From positions 32,001-96,000 of the forward strand of contig CAVWLW010000050.1 in the NCBI GenBank assembly GCA_963755715.1: a stretch of 64,000 nt of DNA. The letters run 5' to 3'. The position numbers and the translations under genes are program-made. Source of the DNA: an uncultured delta proteobacterium. GTDB taxonomy: Bacteria; Desulfobacterota; Binatia; UBA9968. The notes below the pieces were generated by a model. It was not told where the DNA came from. It ran no database searches and worked only from the letters and a program-made list of their open reading frames with translations. Shown one piece after another: positions 53,971 through 62,529 of the stretch. Numbering within the stretch: position 1 is the stretch's first letter; each line of letters begins with the position of its first letter.

Positions 53971-55098
53971 CTATTCGAGCGCACCGAGCAATTGGAATTC
54001 ATAGACACCCACAGAACTAAAGCCGTGAGAAGATATGACCTTAACTTTCAGATACCGTGCTTTCACGGGCGGGAACTTGAACTCCTGATAGGGTTCTTTG
54101 AAAAACCGGATGTTCTGCGTCTGAAACTTGCCGATTGACTCGAATTTTCCCGTAGCAGAATCATTTCCTGCCAGCAGCTCGAACTCTTTCAAATTCCAGC
54201 TCTCCGTACCAAGGATCAGTACCTTGAATGTATCGAAGGTTGCTGGCTTATCATTTTTGAATCCGTAAACGGCCCAACTGCCGACAACACCGATGTCGAT
54301 GTACTGCCAATTTTTCTCATCACCGTCGATGGCGTAGGGCCATTGATCGTTGGTGGCAACAACAACGTGGCCGCCGTTTTCTGCAGAAAGCACATTCATG
54401 ACAGATGATCGAGGTTGTGTCGAAGGCGCCGGCTTGGCTACTGAGGCAGCCTGCTCTTCTGTCCCTCCGGGGCCAGGTTTTGTCGGAGCGGGGGCAATAT
54501 TCGTCATCGATGGAGTCGACTGCACCTGGTTTTGCGATTGAGGATGTTGCTTTTCGAAAAAACCGGTTTGGTGAAGCACCGCAAGCGAACCAATTACGCC
54601 AGCTACGACTCCCGCCAAAACACCCCACATTGTCTTCGACCAATGCCGCGACCGCACTTCGGTATCGGTTGGGATCTGTCTTGGTTGAACCGGGGCACTG
54701 CCATCCACCATGCCGGCGACGATCCGCATTAATTGATCGAACTCACGATGAGAAGACTCACCCTGCCAATCGGAGAGATCTGCTGCTTCGATTCTCTTGA
54801 ACTCGAGGGGAATTTTGACGTTATCGATCAACGCCGGCACGAGAATTCCTCGCTCCGCACCCTCAGCTGCTTCCGTTTTCACCCAACGGGACGACACAGA
54901 GGCTTTAGACCAGAGAACAACCACACAGCGGGCCGAGCTCAACGCATTCTCGATCGTCTCGTCAAACGACTTGCCGGGCGGAATCTCTCGGTCCCACCAA
55001 ACAGACCAACCCTTCTGCGAAAATGCATTCGCAAGCAGCTCAGCTTTCTCCTTATCTGCTCTCGCATAGCTGATAAAAATATCACTCATGGGGGCCAT
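53971..55098 (-). CDS. TIR domain - transmembrane helix - linker - discoidin (F5/8 type C)-like domain protein
   Basis: DIFISYARAD, VWWD, VVLWSKASVSSRWVKTEA; TM WGVLAGVVAGVIGSLAVL; YAIDGD..PVKARYLKVKV..YEFQLLG. Confidence 0.87.
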   Translation of the reverse strand: MAPMSDIFISYARADKEKAELLANAFSQKGWSVWWDREIPPGKSFDETIENALSSARCVVVLWSKASVSSRWVKTEAAEGAERGILVPALIDNVKIPLEFKRIEAADLSDWQGESSHREFDQLMRIVAGMVDGSAPVQPRQIPTDTEVRSRHWSKTMWGVLAGVVAGVIGSLAVLHQTGFFEKQHPQSQNQVQSTPSMTNIAPAPTKPGPGGTEEQAASVAKPAPSTQPRSSVMNVLSAENGGHVVVATNDQWPYAIDGDEKNWQYIDIGVVGSWAVYGFKNDKPATFDTFKVLILGTESWNLKEFELLAGNDSATGKFESIGKFQTQNIRFFKEPYQEFKFPPVKARYLKVKVISSHGFSSVGVYEFQLLGALE

Positions 55099-55124
55099 GA
55101 TGATTCCATGCCGAACGGAATGCA

Positions 55125-55290
55125 ATCACTCCTGCGCGGTGCGCCCCGCGTTGAGCTGCATGCTCTCGGCGATAACGTTTGGACCTGTGTCTTTGACCAG
55201 TAGGTGAACGTGGTTGGACGTGACCATGTAGTTCAGCACGGAAAGACCGAAGCGCTTCTTCGCCTCGAAAACCTAATGCAGATACGCTGT
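55125..55290 (-). mobile_element. RAYT transposase fragment with HUH motif
   Basis: FEAKKRFGLSVLNYMVTSNHVHLLVKD..IAESMQL..GRTAQE*. Confidence 0.75.
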
Positions 55291-55559
55291 CGATCGTGTG
55301 CAACGTCTTGAAAAATTCGGTCTTCTGATGATTGTTGACCGGTGAAGTTGTTTCCTGAACTATTGCCTGTTGCCTCGTGCTTAATGCCTATTTTCGTGCC
55401 AGATATGGCCTGGCAGAGAGTGACGGTTCGCGCGCGGCATCGTTTCCCTTAGAGCCTGCCTTTCGGCTTCAAAAAGCCGCCTCTAAGCCTTTATTTAAAG
55501 GATGCCTTTTATGCTACCGTGGAGTTGTGAAATCAACAGCTTCCCTTGGTCCGACCCGC

Positions 55560-55614
55560 GACCCTGACTCAGATAGTACGCACCGGGAATGAGAATGCGT
55601 AATGGTCGCGCCAT
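55560..55614 (-). mobile_element. RAYT transposase N-terminal stub
   Basis: MARPLRILIPGAYY, a typical RAYT start, after which the similarity is lost. Confidence 0.6.
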
Positions 55615-55802
55615 TGCCACCTTCTTTATTATAGACATTAGCTCATCGTCGAGAAATAAAAGTCTGATCATCCTTGCATGCCAGATAGTCCTGCAAATTG
55701 ACATCCGTTCAGGTAATCAGATAATTCTGAGCGATCGGAAGGCCTTGCTGCGCAGCCGGGTCGCGGTCATTTTTGATAAAGGTTGGGGGAGAGTTTAGGA
55801 AA

Positions 55803-57242
55803 ATGCCTATACGTCGAGGAGAAGAATTTCTCGAAAGCCTCAGGGATGGGCGCCGCGTCTGGCTACGAGGTGAATTGGTCGAAGATGTCACCGCACATCC
55901 CAGTTTGAAAGGCTGCGCCCGAAGCGTTGCCGCGGTTTATGACCTTCAACACGTCCCAGCCCATCGGGACCTGCTGACCATGCCTTCCCCGGTTACGGCG
56001 CAGCCGGTAAGCCTGGCCTATCTTTTGCCCCATTCGGTCGAAGATCTGACCCGCCAGCGAAAGATGTATGAGTTCCTCGTGCGCCGTGCTGGAGGCGTGG
56101 CGGCTCGCCTACCCCAGCACCTGGCTACCGTCGTTTTGGGGCTGCACGACGTTCGTGACATCCTGGGCAAAGAAAATTCCGCCTTCGCGGGGAACGTTAC
56201 CCGCTACTTCGAGTACTGCCGCGAAAACGATCTGGCCATCGCCACGATTTTCAACGACCCATTTCATCACCGAAGCCATCCGCAGTCCAAGCAAGAATAC
56301 TTGAGGGTGGTCGAGAGGCGGGCCGATGGCATCGTGGTGAGAGGTGCCAAAGGAGTGGGAACGCAGGCACCCTACGCCAACGACATCCTATGCCTGACCC
56401 AGCCACGGCCTGACCTCCAGCCCGAGGAGGTGTTGTATTTCGCCGTGCCTGTGAACTCTCCAGGCCTCCAGCTCATCTGCCGGCAGCCCCTGGCACCACC
56501 CAACCCTGAGGATCATCCCTTAAGTCCGCACTGGGACGAGATGGACGCCATGGTGCTGTTCGACAACGTGTTCATACCCTGGGATCGGGTATTCTATTTG
56601 CGTCAATCCGATCCCGAAGACCCGAGTCTATACGCGCGGCTTTTCCAAGGAGCCATGGGTATTGGGCCCTGGTATGTTTTAGTGCGGATGGCGGTCAAGG
56701 CGGAGGTGTTGCTGGGCATCTGCGCGGCGATGGCCGAATATCTCGGCACCACTAAACAACCTCATGTACAGATGGCCCTGGCCGACGCCATAGTCTACCT
56801 GGAGACGATGAGGGCTTTCATCCATAGCGCTGAAACGAACCCTGTCCGCTCTCAATCGGGGCTCACCCTGCCCAACTGGATCCCGGCGCAAGCAGCCCGC
56901 ATCTTCTCGATAGAGGGCTATCCCCGGATGTTACAGATGATACGCGAACTGTGTGGCTCCGGTATCCTGATGTCGCCGAATGAAACTGATATGAATAATT
57001 CCGAGGTCGGCCACCAAATCCGGCGCTTTTTTGTGGGGGAGAACGAGCGCACGCAAGAATGCTTTCGCATGCTGAAGCTGGCGTGGGAATATGCCTGCGA
57101 CTCTTTCGGCTCCCGCCAGCTACTCTTCGAAATGTACAACGTCGCCAGCCTGGCCACCAACAAACAGAGGCTCGTGAATAGCTACGATCTGAGCCCCTTC
57201 GTCCACCTGGCTAAAGAATTGGCAGGCATTAACGAACGCTAG
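55803..57242 (+). CDS. 4-hydroxyphenylacetate 3-hydroxylase family (HpaB-like) flavin monooxygenase
   Basis: FLESLRDGRRVWLRGE..DVTAHP, GIVVRGAK, DEMDA..FDNVFIPWDRVF, SFGSRQ.LFE. Confidence 0.9.
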   Translation: MPIRRGEEFLESLRDGRRVWLRGELVEDVTAHPSLKGCARSVAAVYDLQHVPAHRDLLTMPSPVTAQPVSLAYLLPHSVEDLTRQRKMYEFLVRRAGGVAARLPQHLATVVLGLHDVRDILGKENSAFAGNVTRYFEYCRENDLAIATIFNDPFHHRSHPQSKQEYLRVVERRADGIVVRGAKGVGTQAPYANDILCLTQPRPDLQPEEVLYFAVPVNSPGLQLICRQPLAPPNPEDHPLSPHWDEMDAMVLFDNVFIPWDRVFYLRQSDPEDPSLYARLFQGAMGIGPWYVLVRMAVKAEVLLGICAAMAEYLGTTKQPHVQMALADAIVYLETMRAFIHSAETNPVRSQSGLTLPNWIPAQAARIFSIEGYPRMLQMIRELCGSGILMSPNETDMNNSEVGHQIRRFFVGENERTQECFRMLKLAWEYACDSFGSRQLLFEMYNVASLATNKQRLVNSYDLSPFVHLAKELAGINER

Positions 57243-57808
57243 ATTAAAAAGATTTTAGAAAACCTCTTGCCGCCTTGTCTTGACGTCATTCCGGGGTCGG
57301 ACCTCAACGCAAATTTACGGTCGGCAGGGTAAACTTATAGGAAAGTTGATTGCCCGTCTGTTCTTCAGTTGATGTCACTTCTACGCGTAAGGTTTTCCAG
57401 TCTTTTGATCCCATCTGGCAGCTTGAAATAAAAAAAGCCCGTCGCAATCTGATTGGGCTTTAGTAAGCTTTCCCGTAAAACTCAGGCTTTCAAAATGCGC
57501 TTCGATCCTTCTGTTCACTGCCGACGTATGAGCAACAGAGCCAACAATGATTGGCACTAGTGTCAAAGGTCCTGAAGCCAGTGACCAAAGCAGCGCCTTC
57601 CCCGGATACCTGCTGTCAGCGCCCTGCTTGGCTGCGCTTTGCCCGGTCATCGAGGGGCGGACCCAAGTGGTTGAACGATTGAAACAATTGGAACGACTGG
57701 AACTCTTACCTTCGGACTGTTGCCTGTTTCCTAATGGCTGTTGCCAATTCGTGGGAACTTTGAACGGTCGCTGTCTTGCAGCACAGGGTTGTGATGAACG
57801 AGGGCGAT

Positions 57809-58600
57809 CTACCGTCCAGTGTTTGCCGAGGCGTCGGGCTGCATTTGCAGGAGCACGGTCGGCTGCACGGCGTTCGGCCCGACAAACGGGCGATCGTGCG
57901 CGGTGATCAACATGATGCAAACAGCAATGGCCGTCGAGAAGACTCCCATGGCGATGGCCGCCGTCGTCCGATTGTCGACGTGGACCATCGCAATCGTCGT
58001 CAGCATGCAGATCGCCTGCACGATGAGACTCACCCACTTGACTGGATTCACCTCCGACTGACTGATCAGGATCCGTTGGCGGCGGGCTTCGAGCGCGTTC
58101 TCGAGCGAGGCGACGATCGCCCGTTGCGCGGCCGCTTGTCCCTCACCTTGCACCGGCAAGGCGAGAGTGATTTGCATCGCTTGCGCCAATGAGGCTGGGA
58201 TTATCGTGATCGTCGCGCGGCCGCTGGCCATCGCAGGCCACTCAGCGGTCTGTGCCTCGTGAATATGCTGACGGACCAATCCACGCAGATGAGCCGCCTT
58301 TCCCGGAAAGCTCTCGGACAGAATTACGACGTCTCTGAGCGCGCTGGCTTCCCGGTTGACCTCGATATGCGCCCGATCCTGGTCGCGCCACGCCTGCGAC
58401 GCAAGAAACGCAACGAGCAACCCGAACATGATGCCGAGCGGAGACAGCAACGCTGGTGAGACCGCTTTGAACACGTTCGCGCGCTGGCCGACGGCGAGCG
58501 AATGGACAACGAGAAGAATAACGGCCGCGCTCAAAAACGTGCCCCCGAAGATTAGGATCGCCATCCAGCCTAACGGCAGGCCATGAATCCAATCGCTTAT
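57809..58600 (-). CDS. DUF4239/bestrophin-like membrane protein (apparent ATA start)
   Basis: GIMFGLLVAFL..EASAL..EWPAM..ARRQR..DRPF; AAGGAGG lies 6 nt before an in-frame ATA at 58600. Confidence 0.8.
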   Translation of the reverse strand: MSDWIHGLPLGWMAILIFGGTFLSAAVILLVVHSLAVGQRANVFKAVSPALLSPLGIMFGLLVAFLASQAWRDQDRAHIEVNREASALRDVVILSESFPGKAAHLRGLVRQHIHEAQTAEWPAMASGRATITIIPASLAQAMQITLALPVQGEGQAAAQRAIVASLENALEARRQRILISQSEVNPVKWVSLIVQAICMLTTIAMVHVDNRTTAAIAMGVFSTAIAVCIMLITAHDRPFVGPNAVQPTVLLQMQPDASANTGR

Positions 58601-59099
58601 GTCGGTCCTCCTTTCCGGGGACGACGAGGTGGCGGAGTTACATTCGGCCGACACCTGACGTCGTCGAAAAGGCAGAACGCAAAGAGCATAGCGCCTGCAA
58701 GAGAGAATATGTTTTTCTTCATTGCGTCCCTGTCACCATCGCTGTGCCTATTTTGTACCTGAATTTGGGCAGAACATACACCTTCCATTGCCGAAAAAAA
58801 AAGCCAAGCGACCCTCGGAATGGTTGGATTTTCTTTTTGATGTTTGGTTCTGGTCCGCGCTGATCTGAGAGGCTGATCTAAGAGCTTGTAAACTCTGCCA
58901 TCGGAGGTACCCTGCGCGCCATGGATCTCAAAGACACCGTCACGCAATTCACCGCGCAGGTCGAGCGATTCGTCACGCATCCCGCACGCCGCTGGCTTTG
59001 ACGGCAATCTGATTTTGACGTTCTCAATAAACCCCACGTTTCCGAGCGTTCTGCCAGTCCGTTCTCCAAACCTCGCACTACCCGTCGGATTTTCAAGCC

Positions 59100-59250
59100 A
59101 CTGGAACCACTGAAACGATTGGAACACATGGAACCGCTCTTCGGGTGTAGAACGTTTTGAACGGACCCCGGACTAGATCCGGGGAATTGACGGCTTGAAC
59201 GATTTGGACAAATCCTATTTACGTTGAACTTTTGAACCGTTGAACGCGTC
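59100..59250. repeat. Array of imperfect TTG(G)AAC 7-9-mers with the hairpin ccccgga-ctaga-tccgggg
   Basis: Same motif family at 53637-53715, 57671-57705 and 62100-62330. Confidence 0.65.
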
Positions 59251-59481
59251 TTTTCTTACCACGCCTCACCCTTCACCCCTCACTCCTCACGCTGACTTTG
59301 ATCTACTGTTGCCTGTTGCCTCGTGCCTTATGCCTATTTACGATGTGATTGACACCTTCTCCCGTCGGCGATATTTCTTTCGCAAGAGATTGAGAGTGTT
59401 TCAAATTTCTGATACCGAACTCGGTGGATACTCGGAGAATCGAACATAGCGCTGATTCGTACCGTCCTTCGAGCCAGTGGC

Positions 59482-59674
59482 CTAACCGGTTGTTGAAAAA
59501 CCTGATTTCAGGCTGTTCAAAAAGGTCCAGATGCGAGGCGCGCATAGACCGTGATCGTGTCCGTGAAACGTGACCGAGAAGACCGCACGAGCACGACCAC
59601 GCTACACGAACACGAATTCAAGCGAGGCGATCGAGCGCAACGAAGCAGGTGGGCCTTTTTCAACAGCCTGCTAG
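59482..59674. mobile_element. MITE/REP-like element with terminal inverted repeats
   Basis: caggctgttcaaaaaggtcc ... gggcctttttcaacagcctgctag, with an outer gttgttgaaaaa repeat and an internal cgtg/cacg tract. Confidence 0.6.
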
Positions 59675-59699
59675 CGCTCGCGCTTTACGGAGGAGACCC

Positions 59700-60272
59700 A
59701 TGTCATTGCTGACACTGCAAATGCCGGCCCTTCCCGACCCGGTCAAAGTCGTCCTCCAACCCGCGACGACGGCGTTGTTGGTGTTCGACATGATCGATCG
59801 TATCTGCAAAAGCCAGCCGAATTGCACCGGGGTCATGGTGCCGGCCCTCGCCTCGCTGCTGGCGCGGGCACGAAAAGCCGGCGTGTTCGTCCTGTACTCT
59901 ACTCGGGAGCCGGAGAGCTCGAAGTGGATGCCGGAGGTCGCTCCCGCTCCCGGCGACCCGATCGTCAAGTCGTATGCTCAGGACCGATTCTACAGCACGG
60001 ATCTCGACAAAACGCTGAAGGCCAAGGGGATCACGACGCTGATTCTCACCGGCTGGAAGGTCAGCGGCTCAGTGGTCTATACATCGGTCGGAGCGACACT
60101 GCGGGGGTACACCGTGGTCGTGCCCACGGACGCCAGCTTAGCCGCAACGGACTACGAAGTGGCGATCGGCCAATTCCAAATATTGAATCAGAATAGCGCG
60201 AACGCCACGAACGAACCGCTGAAGGCAAACGCCTCAACCCTGAGCCGTGCGGATATGATCGTCTTTCAGTAG
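59700..60272 (+). CDS. Isochorismatase-family protein with non-canonical active site
   Basis: TALLVFD, LKAKGITTLILTG, GSVVYTS (Ser where Cys is usual), RGYTVVV; GGAGGAG RBS. Confidence 0.85.
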   Translation: MSLLTLQMPALPDPVKVVLQPATTALLVFDMIDRICKSQPNCTGVMVPALASLLARARKAGVFVLYSTREPESSKWMPEVAPAPGDPIVKSYAQDRFYSTDLDKTLKAKGITTLILTGWKVSGSVVYTSVGATLRGYTVVVPTDASLAATDYEVAIGQFQILNQNSANATNEPLKANASTLSRADMIVFQ

Positions 60273-60333
60273 AAAAGGCGGCTTCGTGATATATTGTCGT
60301 AAATATTTTCGTAAATATTTCGGTCGGACCAAG

Positions 60334-60651
60334 CTATATCGTTGCTTCATCAACGATTTCATTCCAAAAGAACGTGTTTTGAGACCTTAGAGCCTCACTT
60401 TCGCCGGTGAAATTGCTGGAGTAAGCTTCGGCGGGCTCGCGCAGTGCGTAAGTTCCATCGGTTTCGATCACGTCGCGATGGGCAGCTTTGAAGCCAAGCT
60501 CGCTTTTCACCTCGTCAATAAACGCCAAGCTTCCAACCGCGATCGATTCGGACCAGCGATCATCACGAACCGCCAAGCCGTTCCCCAGCCCTTGCTCGAT
60601 CCATTGGTGGTGAGCACTTTGAAAATCTCCAAAATCCGGAAATCCGCTCAA
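60334..60651 (-). mobile_element. RAYT transposase C-terminal fragment
   Basis: RDDRWSESIAVGSLAFIDEVKSELG..YALREPAEAY; preceded by an aaaaggggacaggctac end motif also seen (with one change) near 49505. Confidence 0.65.
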
Positions 60652-60793
60652 CTTACAATGAAAAGAAAAAGTAGCCTGTCCCCTTTTCTCGTTCCAGTGC
60701 GACAGCGGCGAACCGCATCCTTGAGGCCGGGCGCCGGCTGGCTTATAGTCTGCGGAGAAACCGAATTCTCGTCATGCCGGCAGAGAGGACACC

Positions 60794-61190
60794 GTGAGCT
60801 ACGGCGAAGCGGAGATGTACTTAGTCGTGGGCCTCGCTGTAATCCTTGGCCTGATTGCGCTCCGCGTCGCGCCGGCGAGTCCCGAGGTTGTCGGCCTATC
60901 TCATGCAAATCGAAAAGCGGATTATGGCGGGCTGGCGTCTGCCGCCGCAGTCGGAGGGGCGCAAGATTACGCTGCGCATGAAGCTCAGTCCGGGCGGATA
61001 TACTTCGGAGGTGCGCGTCGAAAATTCCTCCGGCGATGAAAAATTCGACGCATCGGCGTCGAGGCGGTGCGACGCGCGTCGCCATTTCCGCCGGTGCCGC
61101 TATCGATGGAAAATCTGATCGGCGATCTGCGCATGGTGCTTGACCCGACGCGGCCGAAGCGATGGCGAGTATTCTTAAAGAGCCTTCGCC
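60794..61190 (+). CDS. TonB C-terminal/TolA-like domain protein (frameshifted; end approximate)
   Basis: TM helix, YLMQIEKRIMAGWRLP, SSGDEKFDASA and ASPFPPVP across three frames. Confidence 0.6.
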
Positions 61191-61252
61191 CCTATTGCCC
61201 GCGCCGCGAGCGCCCGCGAAACCCGCCAAGCCGCCGCCGAAAAGGATTCCAG

Positions 61253-61855
61253 GTGAACAAATCTAAAATGCTCCGGCTTTTGAGTTCTCCAGTACTCCTG
61301 CTGGTGGTCGGTTGCTCTACCCATGTCGCCTCACTCAGATATAAACCAACTGAGAAGCTTGTGGTCCGCGCCAAACGCATTCAGCCCGTCACGATAGGGA
61401 ACTTCGCAGATAATCGGGGCACCGATCCATATTTGCTTGGCGCAATCCGTAGCGGGGTTGGTATCGACCTTAAAAAAATATTGGCCGACAGACCTGTAAG
61501 CGAGCTGGTCCGGGCTGCGTTCGTCGAGGCACTCGCAGCGAGAAAAATCACCGAAGCTACGGCCACATCGCGAGTAGCGATCGAAGGGACCATCGTCAAG
61601 TTAGACTGCAGCTACCTTTTCAATCGTGAAGCACACGTCCAGCTGCAGGTTAACGTTCTGTCCCTGCCCGCGCGGACCGTTATTTTTTCTAAATTTTACG
61701 GAACCGACAACGAAGAAGGTGGCAGGGGGGCAGGCATTCTCGGCGACACAGATCACCTTACACAGTTGCAGCAAAAAACGCTCAATCAGACCCTAGACAA
61801 GGTGATGATCGACCCTGCGTTTCTCGCGGTGCTCACGAAACCGCCGATCGACTGA
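61253..61855 (+). CDS. YajG-like uncharacterised lipoprotein
   Basis: Lipobox LLVVGC, FADNRG..LGAIR, PVSELVRAAF. Confidence 0.7.
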   Translation: MNKSKMLRLLSSPVLLLVVGCSTHVASLRYKPTEKLVVRAKRIQPVTIGNFADNRGTDPYLLGAIRSGVGIDLKKILADRPVSELVRAAFVEALAARKITEATATSRVAIEGTIVKLDCSYLFNREAHVQLQVNVLSLPARTVIFSKFYGTDNEEGGRGAGILGDTDHLTQLQQKTLNQTLDKVMIDPAFLAVLTKPPID

Positions 61856-61902
61856 GCAGCACAGAGGAAATAGAGGGTCCTTGGTAGCTGGGTCGGACCC
61901 GC

Positions 61903-62091
61903 CTATGTCCTCGCATCTTCGAAGCTTTCATTCCAGAAGACAGCGGATTTGAAGCCATAGACCTCGCTCTCTTCGCGTAACACATGCGTTTCCTCAAACT
62001 GCTCGACTTCACGATGCATCGCTTTGCTGTCGAGCTCGCCTTTGATCGTCTCAGCAAAGCCAAGCTGCCAACCGCGATCGCTTCGGAGCAA
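61903..62091 (-). mobile_element. Second, more decayed RAYT C-terminal fragment
   Basis: SEAIAVGS|FAETIKGELDSKAMHREV..HVLREESEVY parallels 60334..60651. Confidence 0.6.
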
Positions 62092-62099
62092 CGCTTCAC

Positions 62100-62330
62100 G
62101 TTGAACATTGAACCTTGAACTTTGAACGACCGTTTATCTGAAACGTCTTGAACGGAGCGTATCCTTCGACCAGCTCAGAGCCCGTCCTGAGTTTTATCGA
62201 AGGAAAGAGCGGAAGATCGAGCCGGTCATGGTGAGCCTACCGAACCATTAAACGACTGGAACGTTTGGAACCGTTGGAACGTCTGGAACTCCCGTAAACG
62301 ATTTGAACGGTTTGAACGATTGGAACGGGC
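62100..62330. repeat. TTG(G)AAC arrays enclosing a REP-like palindrome
   Basis: ttgaacattgaaccttgaactttgaacg ... tccttcgaccagctcag..ctgagttttatcgaagga ... ctggaacgtttggaaccgttggaacgtctggaac. Confidence 0.7.
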
Positions 62331-62339
62331 TACGGTATT

Positions 62340-62422
62340 CGTTGGCACGGACCATGTTGAGATCCATGTAGATCAGACAGCGATGCAGGTGCTCGTCGGT
62401 CTCAATGGCAGTGGCATGATAT
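62340..62422 (-). mobile_element. RAYT transposase central fragment with the catalytic Tyr region
   Basis: YHATAIETDEHLHRCLIYMDLNMVRA. Confidence 0.7.
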
Positions 62423-62529
62423 TAAGTCAATAACTTAACTCATGCCTGACCCCAATTCTGCGATCTTCCTCTAACTCGTCCCGCCTCGAGGGATTCCGAG
62501 TTGCCAAAGTCCGGGCACCGAACGTAATG

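Noticed and set aside
57381-57680. Possible gene downstream of DUF4239
   Set aside because: A protein-like stretch (ALLWSLASGPL..RIEAHFESL) has no start and is cut by a repeat array; it is likely a remnant I cannot name.
59100-59250. TTG(G)AAC tracts as degenerate CRISPR repeats
   Set aside because: The units are 7-9 bp with no regular repeat-spacer period and no cas genes.
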